64,000 nt of DNA, taken from NCBI GenBank assembly GCA_964352785.1, contig CAYGTI010000017.1, forward strand, positions 4,494 to 68,493, written 5' to 3'. Positions 8,964 through 20,000 of the stretch are shown in pieces. Under the pieces are notes generated by a model. The model had not been told where the DNA came from and ran no database searches. It saw only the letters and a program-made list of their open reading frames with translations. Numbering within the stretch: position 1 is the stretch's first letter; each line of letters begins with the position of its first letter. Source of the DNA: an uncultured Caulobacterales bacterium. GTDB lineage: Bacteria > Pseudomonadota > Alphaproteobacteria > Caulobacterales > Maricaulaceae. The translations under genes were made by a program, and so were the position numbers.

Positions 8964-11420
8964 ATGTTTTCAGAAATACCTGAAATGTTTGACTTCCTTA
9001 TCGTCGCTATCTCTCTGGCTGTCGCTCTTTTGGCTGGCCTTTTCGCGCTTCGGTCGGTTATGCAGCGTTCCTCAACTGAGTCCGGCACCTCCAACGGTTT
9101 GAGTGAAAAATATACCGAGCTCGAGCAAAAACTCTCACGAATGGATTCTATATTTGGAGCCTATCCCGGATTGATTATGATATGGGAAGAAAAAATCCCA
9201 GATCCTGAATCTGATTGGGGGCAACCAAAAATTTATGGCTCACCTGCGGCTATGGCCTCAATGCAAAGGTTCGCGGAGCCCGGAAAATCACGCGATGTGG
9301 CCCGGAGTATTTTAGGCGGCTTGGGGGATATGGATACGATCAGCAATGATGATGAAATGTTGACCCTGCGAACCCATCTTGGGCTATTGCGCCGAAAAGG
9401 GGAACCCTTTTCGATCTCGATCGTGCTGCCCGGGGGTAATGTCATAGAAGCAGATGGCCGGGTCGCTGGACGCCAAGTCGTTCTTTGGCTCGAAGACGCC
9501 TCTATCCGGGGTGAAGATGAGCGTACTGCAATCAGCCGTTTTGAGAGTCAAAAGGATCTTGCGGCTCAAGACCCGGTTGGGTTTATAGATATGCTGACTC
9601 GTGCGCCTTTTCCCGTTTGGAGGACCTCCGGCGCTGGCCGAGTTGTTTGGGTTAATCCCGCCTATGTGGATGCCGTCGGGGCCGAGTCTGATGCGGAAGT
9701 TCTAGGGCAACAAATTCAGCTCGACAGTCATGCGGCTGAAGATGCGCGGGGTGTGCTATCCAGTTATAAGCCAATCGAGACCATTAGAAACGTCATTATT
9801 GACGGGCGCCGAAAGCCTGCAATGATTACAATGTTTCCCATTTCTGGCGGCGTTGTTGGGATGGCCATGGACGCGACGGAAACAGCGGCTCTTAAAGAGA
9901 CGCTGACGCGTCATATCCGCGCTCATGACGAAATGCTAAATAATATGGATGAAGCCATTGTAATTTTTGGCGGTGACCAGCGTATGGGCTTTCATAATAC
10001 GGCCTTTGCAAATCTTTTCAAACTTGACGAGGGGTGGTTTAAGAACCGGCATAGCCACTCTGAATGGCTGGATCACTTGCGTGAGAAAAGCCGTTTGCCA
10101 CAAGAGCCGGATTATAGTGACTGGAAGCAACGCGAACTAAGCTATTATACGGATTGGCCTGATGAGGTGCCAGACGAAATTTGGACGCTGGCCGACGGAA
10201 CCAATTTGCGTCTGGCGCGCATGCGCGATCCACAAGGTGGAATTTCGCTTCTGTTCAGCGATATCACTAATTCTGTGACGCTTCAAAGTCAGTTTAATAC
10301 GTTAATCAATGTGCAAACAGCAACGCTCGACAAGTTGAGTGAGGGAATCGCTGTCTTTGGTCCGGATGGCCGCCTTAAACTCTCAAATACAGCGTTTGCC
10401 AAGCTGTGGAATTTGTCAGACGAAGATACCAAAGATAACCCGCCTTTTGCCAGGTTGATTGAAAAATGCTTGCCGCTTTATCACGACCGTATGTTCTGGT
10501 CGGAACTTAAAGCCCGGACGACAGATCCGAATCCCGAGGTGCGCTTACATGTGGACGGAGAGATTAACCGCTCTGATGACTCAATGCTAACATGGCTCTC
10601 GCGGCCTTTGCCTGACGGGGCCACCTTGGTGGCCTGGGACGATGTGACAAGCGCGCGGCGCACAGAGGCGGCTTTGATCGAACGTGCTGAGGCTCTGGCA
10701 ACAGCCGATCGGCTTAAATCAGAATTTGTAGGCCATGTGAGCTATCAGCTGCGCACACCGCTCACGACGATTTCAGGCTATGCAGACTTTTTGCAAAACC
10801 AAGGCGCGGGGGAGCTTAACGATAAGCAAAGCGAATATATTTTTGCTATTCAAAGCGCTTCAGATGAGCTTGCGAAAACCATTGCGGATATACTCGACAT
10901 AGCTGCGATTGATGCAAATGTCTTAGATTTGGATTTAGGAGATGTAGATGTTCGTGCATTGCTCGAGCAATCCCTCGATTATGTGGCGACCAAAGCTGAA
11001 GATACGAAGAAGTCTCTGGTGCTAGATTGCCCCGAAGACGTCGGCATTATCCGTGCGGATGAACAACGGCTCAAACAGGTTGTTTATAACCTTCTCTCAA
11101 ATGCTGTGCGCTTTACCAAGCCTGGAGATGTGATTGAGCTCGGCGCTCGGCGCGGCAAAAATGGCGGCGTGACAATTTGGGTCAAGGACGACGGTGTTGG
11201 CATTCCATCAGACAAACAACCTCAAGTCTTTGAGAGTTTCAAGTCAACCCGTGGTGGGGCTGGCTTGGGTCTATCGCTAGTGCAAAAATTTGTTGAGCAG
11301 CACGGCGGTTGGGTCGATCTCGAATCTGAAGAGGGCGAAGGCACACATGTTACGATTTATCTGCCCAAGGAAGCCGCGACAACGCAGGCGCATCCGGAAT
11401 TTGACTTTGCCGCGAGTTAG
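8964..11420 (+). CDS. membrane-anchored multi-PAS sensor histidine kinase
   Basis: 818 aa with an N-terminal TM helix, repeated PAS-like segments, the H-box FVGHVSYQLRTPLTTISGY, the N-box VVYNLLSNAVRFT and G-boxes KDDGVGIP / GAGLGLSLVQKFV. Confidence 0.85.
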   Translation: MFSEIPEMFDFLIVAISLAVALLAGLFALRSVMQRSSTESGTSNGLSEKYTELEQKLSRMDSIFGAYPGLIMIWEEKIPDPESDWGQPKIYGSPAAMASMQRFAEPGKSRDVARSILGGLGDMDTISNDDEMLTLRTHLGLLRRKGEPFSISIVLPGGNVIEADGRVAGRQVVLWLEDASIRGEDERTAISRFESQKDLAAQDPVGFIDMLTRAPFPVWRTSGAGRVVWVNPAYVDAVGAESDAEVLGQQIQLDSHAAEDARGVLSSYKPIETIRNVIIDGRRKPAMITMFPISGGVVGMAMDATETAALKETLTRHIRAHDEMLNNMDEAIVIFGGDQRMGFHNTAFANLFKLDEGWFKNRHSHSEWLDHLREKSRLPQEPDYSDWKQRELSYYTDWPDEVPDEIWTLADGTNLRLARMRDPQGGISLLFSDITNSVTLQSQFNTLINVQTATLDKLSEGIAVFGPDGRLKLSNTAFAKLWNLSDEDTKDNPPFARLIEKCLPLYHDRMFWSELKARTTDPNPEVRLHVDGEINRSDDSMLTWLSRPLPDGATLVAWDDVTSARRTEAALIERAEALATADRLKSEFVGHVSYQLRTPLTTISGYADFLQNQGAGELNDKQSEYIFAIQSASDELAKTIADILDIAAIDANVLDLDLGDVDVRALLEQSLDYVATKAEDTKKSLVLDCPEDVGIIRADEQRLKQVVYNLLSNAVRFTKPGDVIELGARRGKNGGVTIWVKDDGVGIPSDKQPQVFESFKSTRGGAGLGLSLVQKFVEQHGGWVDLESEEGEGTHVTIYLPKEAATTQAHPEFDFAAS

Positions 11421-11436
11421 ACGCTAGGTCTAATCT

Positions 11437-11760
11437 CTATTGGCTTTCAGGCGTCGAAACTGTAATGCCGTCAAGATCATCAGACATAAGTATTTGACAA
11501 GACAGACGGGAGTTGTCCTTCACGTCTTCGGCGAAGTCCAGCATGCTGTCTTCCATGTCGTCTTTGTCTTTTAACTTGCCGAGCCAAGTTTCGCCGACAT
11601 AGACGTGGCATGTTGCGCAAGCGCAAGCTCCGCCGCAATCTGCGTCAATACCAGGAATCATATTTTGAACGGCAGCTTCCATAATGGAGGTTCCGTTTTT
11701 GGCCTCGACGTCGCGGGACGTCCCGTCATGGTCGATATATATGATTTTTGGCATGATCAC
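11437..11760 (-). CDS. 2Fe-2S ferredoxin (adrenodoxin/putidaredoxin type)
   Basis: 107 aa with the cluster ligand pattern [12 protein letters not shown] and a distal Cys in RLSCQI. Confidence 0.85.
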   Translation of the reverse strand: MIMPKIIYIDHDGTSRDVEAKNGTSIMEAAVQNMIPGIDADCGGACACATCHVYVGETWLGKLKDKDDMEDSMLDFAEDVKDNSRLSCQILMSDDLDGITVSTPESQ

Positions 11761-11825
11761 TCCTAAGTTTTATCCAATCCGTATGTAAGGCGTTGCATTC
11801 ATTTTGCAAGTGCGTATCACGGCGT

Positions 11826-12260
11826 ATGCAATCCCTTTATTTGGCAGACGAAACCGCGACATTGGCCCTCGGGGCCCGGCTTGCACAGACGTTAAGTGCC
11901 GGTCATGTGGTGGCTTTGAACGGTGATCTTGGCGCAGGGAAAACAACGCTCGCGCGAGGGGTGATAAAAACGCTCTGTGATGTAGATGAAATTCCGTCGC
12001 CAACTTACACGCTTGTGCAGATATATGACGGCCCCGATGCGGAGCTTTGGCATTGTGACATGTACCGTCTTGAGCGCCCCGAGGATGCCTTTGAGCTTGG
12101 TCTCATTGAAGCCTTTGATGAGGCTATTTGTTTAATTGAGTGGCCGGATAAGCTCGGCGATGTATTGCCCGTGGAGGCCTTTCGCGTGAATATAGCCTTT
12201 GAAGGTAAAGGCCGCCGGGCGGACTTAACTGGCTGGGAGGACGGCGCCTTTGACACGTAA
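11826..12260 (+). CDS. tsaE: tRNA t6A37 biosynthesis ATPase TsaE
   Basis: Walker A motif LNGDLGAGKTTLARG and the motifs SPTYTLV, HCDMYRL, IEWP. The start is moved to ATG 11826 (M12 of the track ORF). Confidence 0.85.
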   Translation: MQSLYLADETATLALGARLAQTLSAGHVVALNGDLGAGKTTLARGVIKTLCDVDEIPSPTYTLVQIYDGPDAELWHCDMYRLERPEDAFELGLIEAFDEAICLIEWPDKLGDVLPVEAFRVNIAFEGKGRRADLTGWEDGAFDT

Positions 12261-14052
12261 AGCATATATTCAGTCTTTCCTAGAGGCCGCAGACTGGGGG
12301 CATGCGGAGCGTAACCCCGTGCCGGGCGATGCATCGACAAGGCGATATGAGCGCCTGAGTTTGGACGGCGATAGAGCTGTATTGATGGACGCGCCTAGGG
12401 GCGTAGAAGCCCCGTGCGAACCAGAAGGAGCAACTGTGTCTGAGCGCCGGGCGCTCGGCTACAACGCAGTTGCAAGGCTTGCGGGCCCAAACCTCGAGAG
12501 TTTTTCAGCGATAGCGCGAGAGTTAAGCCGCCGGGGGTTTTCAGCGCCAAGAATCATCGCCGCCGATCACCAAAAAGGTTTAATGCTTCTTGAAGATTTG
12601 GGCGATGATTTGTTTGCCAGAGTGATTGCGAGAAACCCGGCGCAAGAACGAGACCTTTATGTGGCTGCAGTTGACACGCTGGCAGCCATTTATCGATCAA
12701 GCTTTCCAGACATATTTGATGAATATGGCGAACCGTGGCGTGTTCGCAGCTATGATAACGCGGCCTTGCAAGCAGAGGCTGATTTGTTCCTAGACTGGTT
12801 TGTACCGGATGTCGGGGGCAACCTATCCAAAGAGGCCCTTAACGAATGGCACATAATATGGGCCAGGCTTTTCTCAATCTTAAGCGCTCACGCTCCGGGA
12901 CTTGCGCTGCGCGACTTTCACGCCGAGAATTTGTTTTGGCTTCCGGCGCGGCAGGGCGTGGCCCGCGTGGGTTTGATAGACTTTCAGGATGGTCTGTTTG
13001 CCCATCCGGCTTATGATCTTGTGTCTCTGCTCGAAGATGCGCGCCGGGACGTATCGCAAAACCTACATAAGGAAATGATTGCACGTTTTTGCGCAAAAGC
13101 CGGCCTTGATTATGATGAGACCTTCAAAGCCGCATACGCTGTCATGGGTGCGCAAAGAAATGCTAAAATTTTAGGCATTTTCGTTCGCTTGGCAAAGCGC
13201 GATGGTAAGCCTCATTACCGTGATTTAATGCCGCGCGTTGCTAAACTTTTTGTATCTGACCTTGCGCACCCTGCCTTGTCAGACTTGCGGCAATGGGTTG
13301 AAAAATATGTCCCGCAAGTTTTGAAAGCGCCGCCCAAAATCACAACCGCTATGGTGCTCGCAGCAGGGCATGGGACGCGCATGCGCCCGCTCACGGATGA
13401 CCGCTCCAAAGCGATGGTTATGGTTGATGGCAAACCTTTGATTGATCATATGCTGGACCGTTTGGCGCAGGTTGGTGTCACGCGTGCGGTCGTTAATATC
13501 CATGCCCACGCAGATCATCTTGAAGCGCACTTGAACGCGCGCACGGGATATCCTGAAATCATCATATCGGATGAGCGTGCGGCGCTGCTGGAGACTGGGG
13601 GAGGGGTTGTTAAAGCCTTACCCTTGCTTGGTCATGATCCGGTCTTTATTTGTAATATCGATGCAATTTGGCAGGAAAACCTGCCCGCGTTAAGCTCATT
13701 AATCGAGATGTGGGACCCTAACCATATGGATGACCTACTGCTTTTGGCGAGCCGGGATCAAACGTTAGGGTATCCGGGAGCGGGCGATTTTGATGTATCA
13801 GCCATTGGCCGAATTTCCCGGCGCGAGAACGAAACGTCAAACTTTGTTTATGCGGGCGTACAAATTGCCAGCTTAGCGCCGCTCAGAAATTTCGCCCCTG
13901 AGCCGTTTTCAAGAAACAAAGTTTGGGACATATCTCTTAACGCTGGCCGTGCGTTTGGCTGCGTCTTAAATGGATTTTGGATGCATGTTGGCGACCCTAG
14001 CGCCCGGGATGAGGCCGAGGTTCGGCTAAAACGTGATAATATTGATGGGTAA
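12250..14052 (+). CDS. fused anomeric MurNAc/GlcNAc kinase (AmgK-like phosphotransferase) and MurNAc-1-P uridylyltransferase (MurU-like nucleotidyltransferase)
   Basis: A single 600-aa frame. Residues 1-367 are APH/choline-kinase-like (GDASTRRYERL, LRDFHAENLFW, LIDFQD). Residues 368-600 begin at the in-frame ATG 13351 with the nucleotidyltransferase N-terminus MVLAAGHGTRMRPLTDDRSKAMV.VDGKPLID. No stop separates the two halves. Confidence 0.7.
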   Translation: MTRKAYIQSFLEAADWGHAERNPVPGDASTRRYERLSLDGDRAVLMDAPRGVEAPCEPEGATVSERRALGYNAVARLAGPNLESFSAIARELSRRGFSAPRIIAADHQKGLMLLEDLGDDLFARVIARNPAQERDLYVAAVDTLAAIYRSSFPDIFDEYGEPWRVRSYDNAALQAEADLFLDWFVPDVGGNLSKEALNEWHIIWARLFSILSAHAPGLALRDFHAENLFWLPARQGVARVGLIDFQDGLFAHPAYDLVSLLEDARRDVSQNLHKEMIARFCAKAGLDYDETFKAAYAVMGAQRNAKILGIFVRLAKRDGKPHYRDLMPRVAKLFVSDLAHPALSDLRQWVEKYVPQVLKAPPKITTAMVLAAGHGTRMRPLTDDRSKAMVMVDGKPLIDHMLDRLAQVGVTRAVVNIHAHADHLEAHLNARTGYPEIIISDERAALLETGGGVVKALPLLGHDPVFICNIDAIWQENLPALSSLIEMWDPNHMDDLLLLASRDQTLGYPGAGDFDVSAIGRISRRENETSNFVYAGVQIASLAPLRNFAPEPFSRNKVWDISLNAGRAFGCVLNGFWMHVGDPSARDEAEVRLKRDNIDG

Positions 14053-17005
14053 GCCCAGTATTTATACCATGCCTTCTGGGGTGCCTTTTTTACCTGCGCT
14101 AGCGGCAGGTTTGCGGGAGAGGTTGGGGGCAGAATTTTCTCAAGCTTTAATCTTGCTGCCAACACGCCGGGCGGTTCGCCAGCTTGGAGAGGCGTTTGTC
14201 GGCGAGCAAAGCGCGAGTCTTTTGCCGCGTATGCGGACGCTGGCTGATATTGATCCCGAGGAACCCCCGTTTGAACCGGGATATTTGACGGGCCTTGTGC
14301 GTCCCGCCATGCCGCCCGCGCAAAGGCGGTTTGCGCTGGCGCGTATTGTCGCCCGTTATCACAGCTCTATTACTGACCTTCCCATTGACCCGGCGGGGAT
14401 GCTCGCGCTGACAGATCCTCTGATAGCCATTTTAGACGACGCCGCCTTGGAAGAGGTCAACCTGTCTGATGTCAGTCAACTTAAAGAGATTGAAGATTTT
14501 GCGGCGCGGCATTTCCAAAACGCGGCGACGCTTTACAAAATCATTCAGGAGTTTTGGCCGGCTTATGTGTCAGAGCAAGGCTTGATGGAGCCGATGGCAA
14601 GGCGAGTCGCTTTGCTCAACGCGCTTACGGCGCTTTGGACGGACACGCCGCCCGATCATCCGGTGATCATTGCCGGGTCGACGGGAACCCTAGGGGCGTC
14701 AGCGCGCCTAATGCGCTGCGTTGCGAATATGCCCGGCGGGCTTATTGTCTTGCCGGGATTGGATACATCACTACCTGAAAGCTCATGGGATCAAGTGGGT
14801 GCTGAACATCCCCAGAACTCATTGAAAAACCTACTCAAGATTATTGGTGTTAACCGAGGCGCCGTTGATGAGTGGACTCATGCGCCTGAGCCGCAAGGAC
14901 TGAGGGCGCGTAGGCGCGTGATCTCTGAAAGCCTCGTTCCGGTGGACGCTACAGCAGACTGGCCGGGCCGCATTGCGCGGCTAAGGGATTATGACAGTTC
15001 GGGCGATATCTTTGGTGCCGCGCTCAAAGGTCTATGCGTTGTTGAAGCCAATACAGATGATGAAGAAGCTTTGGCCATCGCGCTGATGATGCGCGAGGCC
15101 CTTGAGACGGAAGATGCTACGGCGGCTTTGGTCACGCCCGACCCGGCTTTGGCGCGGCGGGTCAAAGCGCGTTTGCGCCGCTGGGATATTGAGGTCGATT
15201 ACTCTCAAGGTGAACCGCTTGAGGAAACTTCACTTGGGAGTTTTCTGTCAGTAATTTTACGGCTTGCGCAAGACCCGCAAAACCCTGTGGACTTGGCCGC
15301 AATGTGTAAGCACCCGCTTTGCAGTATCGGACGAAAGCCCGGAGATTTAAGGCGTGACTGGGCCTTAGACGAAATAAAGTATTTTCGTGGTGCGCGTCCA
15401 AAAAATAATTTTGAGTGTAATGTTCTAGAACACGTTCATGAAAGACTTCAGTTCTTGTGCGACAAGGCTGAGGCGCAATCGGCTTCAGAATGGGCTCGGA
15501 CGCTCGCAATTACATTAGAGAGTGTTGCTGCCACTGATAAGCTCTCCGGCGCGGCTGTTTTATGGGCTGGGGACGCAGGTGAAAGTGCCGCGTCTATGCT
15601 GGAAGAGCTTATCGGTTTTGGGGGTGATTTAGGCGTTATGACTTTAGGCGATTTCGCGCGTCTCGTCGGGACGCTGATGCGCGGGCGTGTTGTTAGAGCC
15701 CGTTTTGGGATGCATCCGCGATTGCAAATATTAGGACCACTTGAGGCCCGTATGCTGAGTGCTGACCGGATTATTCTCGGCGGCTTGAACGAAGGTGTTT
15801 GGCCAGCGGGGCTTCCCGCCCAGCCGTTTCTGTCTCGGGGTATGCGCTCTGCACTTGGGCTTTCACTGCCGGAACGCCGTTATGGTTTGGCCGCGCACGA
15901 TTTTGCTGAGCTTGCTGCTCACCGCGACGTTTTTCTAACGCGGTCAAAACGCGCAGATGATGGCCCACGCGTGGCCTCGCGCTGGCTTTGGCGGTTGCAG
16001 ACACTTGTTCGCGGCGCGATGGGAGTAAACGGCAATCACCTTGAAGCGAAACACCCCTATCTGGAATGGGCAAGGGCTTTGGATCATGTACCCGCTGATA
16101 AGGTACGCCCGGCAGTTCGCCCTGCGCCGATGCCCCCTGTAGAGGAGCGCTGGCCGAGCGGGCGTAAACTCTCCGTGACTCAAATTCGAACATGGGTGCG
16201 CGACCCCTATGCGATTTACGCCAAAAAGATTTTAGGTCTTGAGCCTCTGCGCGAACTTGATGAGGTGGTCGGGCCGAGAGAATATGGCAGCGCTGTTCAT
16301 AAAGGCCTAGAGGTTTTTACCAAGGCCTTTCCAGCGGATTTACCGCAAGACGCGCCCCGACAACTCGCCCGCGCCTTCGAAGATGCACTCATAGCGGCGG
16401 GCTTTTCAGAGCATCACCTCGCCAAAGAGCGCGTACGGCTCGCGCGCGCTGCCCAAGATATGACAATATTTATGAAAGAGAGGCGAGCGCAGGGGTGGGC
16501 ATTTTTTAAAGCTGAAAGTTATGGGCGTCTTGATCTATCCGAAGTCGATTTTACGGTGTCAAGTCTGGCGGATTTAATCGAGAAAAGCGCTGAAGGTTAT
16601 GCGGTTCTGGATTATAAAACCGGCGCGCCTTCTACTGAAAAAGTGATCCAAGCTGGCTTTGATCCGCAGCTACCTTTAACGGCGTTGATGTTATCGCGTG
16701 GTGCCTTTGACAATGTGCCGGCGGGTTATACGGCGGAGTTATTATATGTCCGCGTCAAAGGTGCTGGCGGCGGCACGGCCCCAAAAGTTATTGCGTCAAA
16801 CGAAGATTCAAAAGGTTGGAGCGCGCAGGATTATCAAGACGAAGCGCTGGCGGACTTAAAGCAGCTTGTGCGCGCGTTTGATAAAAAAGAGACCGCCTAT
16901 GTGTCTCAGCCGCGGCTGCAATATACAAATGATTATGGCGACTATGACGATTTAGCTCGGCGCGGTGAGTGGGCGCAGCTCGGCGATGATGGGCAAGGAG
17001 CGTGA
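14045..17005 (+). CDS. addB: double-strand break repair protein AddB (alphaproteobacterial type)
   Basis: About 987 aa, directly upstream of and overlapping addA, with the C-terminal PD-(D/E)xK nuclease motif GYAVLDYKTG. The start is set at ATG 14045 (MGKPSIYTMPSGVPFL). Confidence 0.85.
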   Translation: MGKPSIYTMPSGVPFLPALAAGLRERLGAEFSQALILLPTRRAVRQLGEAFVGEQSASLLPRMRTLADIDPEEPPFEPGYLTGLVRPAMPPAQRRFALARIVARYHSSITDLPIDPAGMLALTDPLIAILDDAALEEVNLSDVSQLKEIEDFAARHFQNAATLYKIIQEFWPAYVSEQGLMEPMARRVALLNALTALWTDTPPDHPVIIAGSTGTLGASARLMRCVANMPGGLIVLPGLDTSLPESSWDQVGAEHPQNSLKNLLKIIGVNRGAVDEWTHAPEPQGLRARRRVISESLVPVDATADWPGRIARLRDYDSSGDIFGAALKGLCVVEANTDDEEALAIALMMREALETEDATAALVTPDPALARRVKARLRRWDIEVDYSQGEPLEETSLGSFLSVILRLAQDPQNPVDLAAMCKHPLCSIGRKPGDLRRDWALDEIKYFRGARPKNNFECNVLEHVHERLQFLCDKAEAQSASEWARTLAITLESVAATDKLSGAAVLWAGDAGESAASMLEELIGFGGDLGVMTLGDFARLVGTLMRGRVVRARFGMHPRLQILGPLEARMLSADRIILGGLNEGVWPAGLPAQPFLSRGMRSALGLSLPERRYGLAAHDFAELAAHRDVFLTRSKRADDGPRVASRWLWRLQTLVRGAMGVNGNHLEAKHPYLEWARALDHVPADKVRPAVRPAPMPPVEERWPSGRKLSVTQIRTWVRDPYAIYAKKILGLEPLRELDEVVGPREYGSAVHKGLEVFTKAFPADLPQDAPRQLARAFEDALIAAGFSEHHLAKERVRLARAAQDMTIFMKERRAQGWAFFKAESYGRLDLSEVDFTVSSLADLIEKSAEGYAVLDYKTGAPSTEKVIQAGFDPQLPLTALMLSRGAFDNVPAGYTAELLYVRVKGAGGGTAPKVIASNEDSKGWSAQDYQDEALADLKQLVRAFDKKETAYVSQPRLQYTNDYGDYDDLARRGEWAQLGDDGQGA

Positions 17006-20000
17006 CAGACATACGCCTGGATATTGAGGAAGCCAGCCACTATCAACGCATGGCGGCGGATCCACGTGCTACGCGCCTAGCCTCTGCAAATGCGGGGTCT
17101 GGGAAGACTAAGGTTTTGGTCGAGCGGGTTTCGCGGCTTTTGCTCGGCGGCGCTGACCCGGATAAAATTCTTTGTTTGACCTATACGAAAGCCGCCGCGA
17201 GTGAAATGCAAACGCGACTGTTTGATACTTTGGGCCTTTGGTCAGTTATGGATGACCGTGATTTGAATGCGGCCTTGGATCAATTACTGGGAGAGAACAC
17301 AAAGCGGGCAGATGACAGGTTGGGGCAGGCACGGCAATTATTCGCTCGCGCACTGGAGACGCCTGACGGCTTAAAAGTTCAAACAATTCATGCGTTTTGC
17401 GAGCGCGTGTTATCACGGTTCCCTATTGAAGCGGGGATTATGCCGGGTTTTGAGCCCATGGAGGACGCAGACAGTGCCTTACTTCGTGCGCAAACCGAGG
17501 AGGATATTTATGCGGCGGCGTATGTTGATAGCGATAGCGATCTGGCGGTGGCTCTGCGCCTTTTGGCGCGTGAGAAAGCCGACATGTCACTGGATGTCCT
17601 GTTTCGCTGGATGGCAAGCAGCGGAGATGCCATCAAAAACTGGGAGAAAGGCGGGGGAATTAGCGGCCTTGCAGGCTTACTTGGCATTGATATGTCTACA
17701 AGCCTTGAGCATTTGTATATAAATACATGGAACCATGAAATAAGAGATATAATAAAATCTGCAGCAACGTCACTACGGCAGAGCGCAAACGCGAATGATC
17801 AAACAAAAGCAAACTTAATTTTAGGGGCTATAACCGAGCCTGATTTGGCCGGCGCCTTCGAGACTTATTCAAATATCTTTTTAACGCAGAAAGGTACATT
17901 AAGAAAATCCGTTGTCACTTTAAGTGCGCCTGACGACGCGCAAACATTTTTTGGAACAAGTAAGCTCGCTGCTACGCCCGAGGCGCAGCGCGTTTTGAAA
18001 GTTTGCGAGGACTTACTGTCTATCACATGCCTCGACATGACCCGAGCGGTTTACATCCTGGCCCAAGATTATGCACGAAGGTATGAGCAAGCTAAGCGAG
18101 CGCGGCGTTGGCTAGATTTCAATGATCAAGTTTTACTTGTGCGGAATTTACTTATGCGCAGCGAAGTTGCCGAATGGGTGCGTTACAAGCTGGATGGCGG
18201 TATCGGGCATATTTTAGTTGACGAGGCACAAGATACGGCCCCGGATCAGTGGCAAATTATTGACGCGTTAAAAGACGGGTTCACTGCGCCGGATCCGGAT
18301 TGGCCGCATGATCAGGTTAAGACATTTTTTGCCGTCGGCGATGAAAAACAATCCATTTATTCTTTTCAAGGTGCGCGGCCTGAAAAGTTCATCGAAAAAA
18401 TTCGCATGTATGTATCCGAAGATAAGGCTGCGTCTATCCGCATGCGCATGTCATTTCGCTCGGCTCCTGATGTTCTGCGTGTCGTTGACGGGGTGTTTAA
18501 TGATCAGCGCGGCATGACCCGTATGTTTGATCCAGAGACTGTAGATATAGCGTCTGACAGTGTGACGCACAGTGCATTTCGTTGTGACAGAGGGCTTGTT
18601 GAGTTATGGCCGCTTGCGCCAAGGCCTGATGCACCGCCCCAAGAAAAAGCGTGGGATACAAGGCCTGTGGACGCGCCGTCGCAATCGAGCCCGCGCGAAC
18701 GTCTTGCTGTTGAAATTGCTCAGCAAATTAAAACTTGGCTTGATCAGGGTGAACCCATTTTTGATCGAAACCTTAAAGTAACGCGCGCCATGCAGCCTGA
18801 GGATATTTTAATTCTTGTGCGCCGCCGTAACGATTTTTTTGATGCCGTTATTCGCAATATGAAAATGATAGGCGTGCCTGTTGCAGGCGCTGACCGTCTT
18901 GTGCTCAAGGAGTCTGTGGCGGTAAAAGATATGCTGGCTTTAACCCGCTTCGTTTTACTCCCGCAGGATGATTTATCATTAGCCGAGGTCTTGAAAAGTC
19001 CCATCATTGGATTTGATGAGGATATGCTTTTCGACGTCGCAAAGCGTAGGGAAGGTCAGTCTTTGTGGGCGGCGCTCCAGTCTAGTGAGCTTGGGCAAGC
19101 CCGGTGCGCGGCTGAAAACCTGTCGATAATCTGCAAATACGCCCGCCAATATGCACCCTATGAGTTTTATGCGCGTGTTTTGGACATGCGCTTTGGCTTA
19201 GAGGCGAGCGTGTTAAAGAAAATGTACACCCGCCTCGGCATTGAAGCCAAAGATGCACTTGAGGCCTTCTTGGCGCGGGCGCTCTCTCACCAGAGGCGCG
19301 GGGCTCCGTCTTTGCAGCTCTTCTTGCAATCCTTTATAGGAGATTCTCAAGACATAAAACGCGAGATGGATTCTGGGAGCGGCGACGTGCGCGTTATGAC
19401 CGTTCACGGCGCAAAAGGTCTTGAAGCGCCCGTCGTGTTTTTACCCGATACGACGCAAACACCAACAAGCCGCAGCGGCTCCGGGATTGTGTCCGTTGAG
19501 AATGGTTTTGCTTATATACCGTCCAAGGACGCAACCCCGACAGCTCTCATCCCTATGAGGGATGCGGTCTTTGCGCGAGAAAAAGAAGAATATATGCGGC
19601 TACTTTACGTGGCGATGACCCGGGCAGAATCGCGGCTGATTGTGTGCGGATTTGAAAGCGGGCATCCTAATGGCAAAGGCTATAGCGACGGCTCTTGGTA
19701 TCAGGAGGTTCATACTGCGATGATCGGGCTTGGGGCGGTTGAGGGCGAACCTCGGTTTGATGTAGGGCCAATGCTGCGCTACGGCATTGATCCGCAAAAC
19801 CCCGATAAAGGGGTTCAATGTGAGGCAGGTAAGACGGTAAGAGTTCCAGACTGGGCGCATGATGCGGCCCCTCGCCAAAGCCTCCGGCGCAGACAGGTGA
19901 CGCCCTCTCATCTCTTAGTGCCGCTGCCCGGGGCCGGTGCGCCCGTTCGCTCGCCCATAAGCGGGGGGCCTGACCGTTTTCGGCGGGGCAATATTATTCA

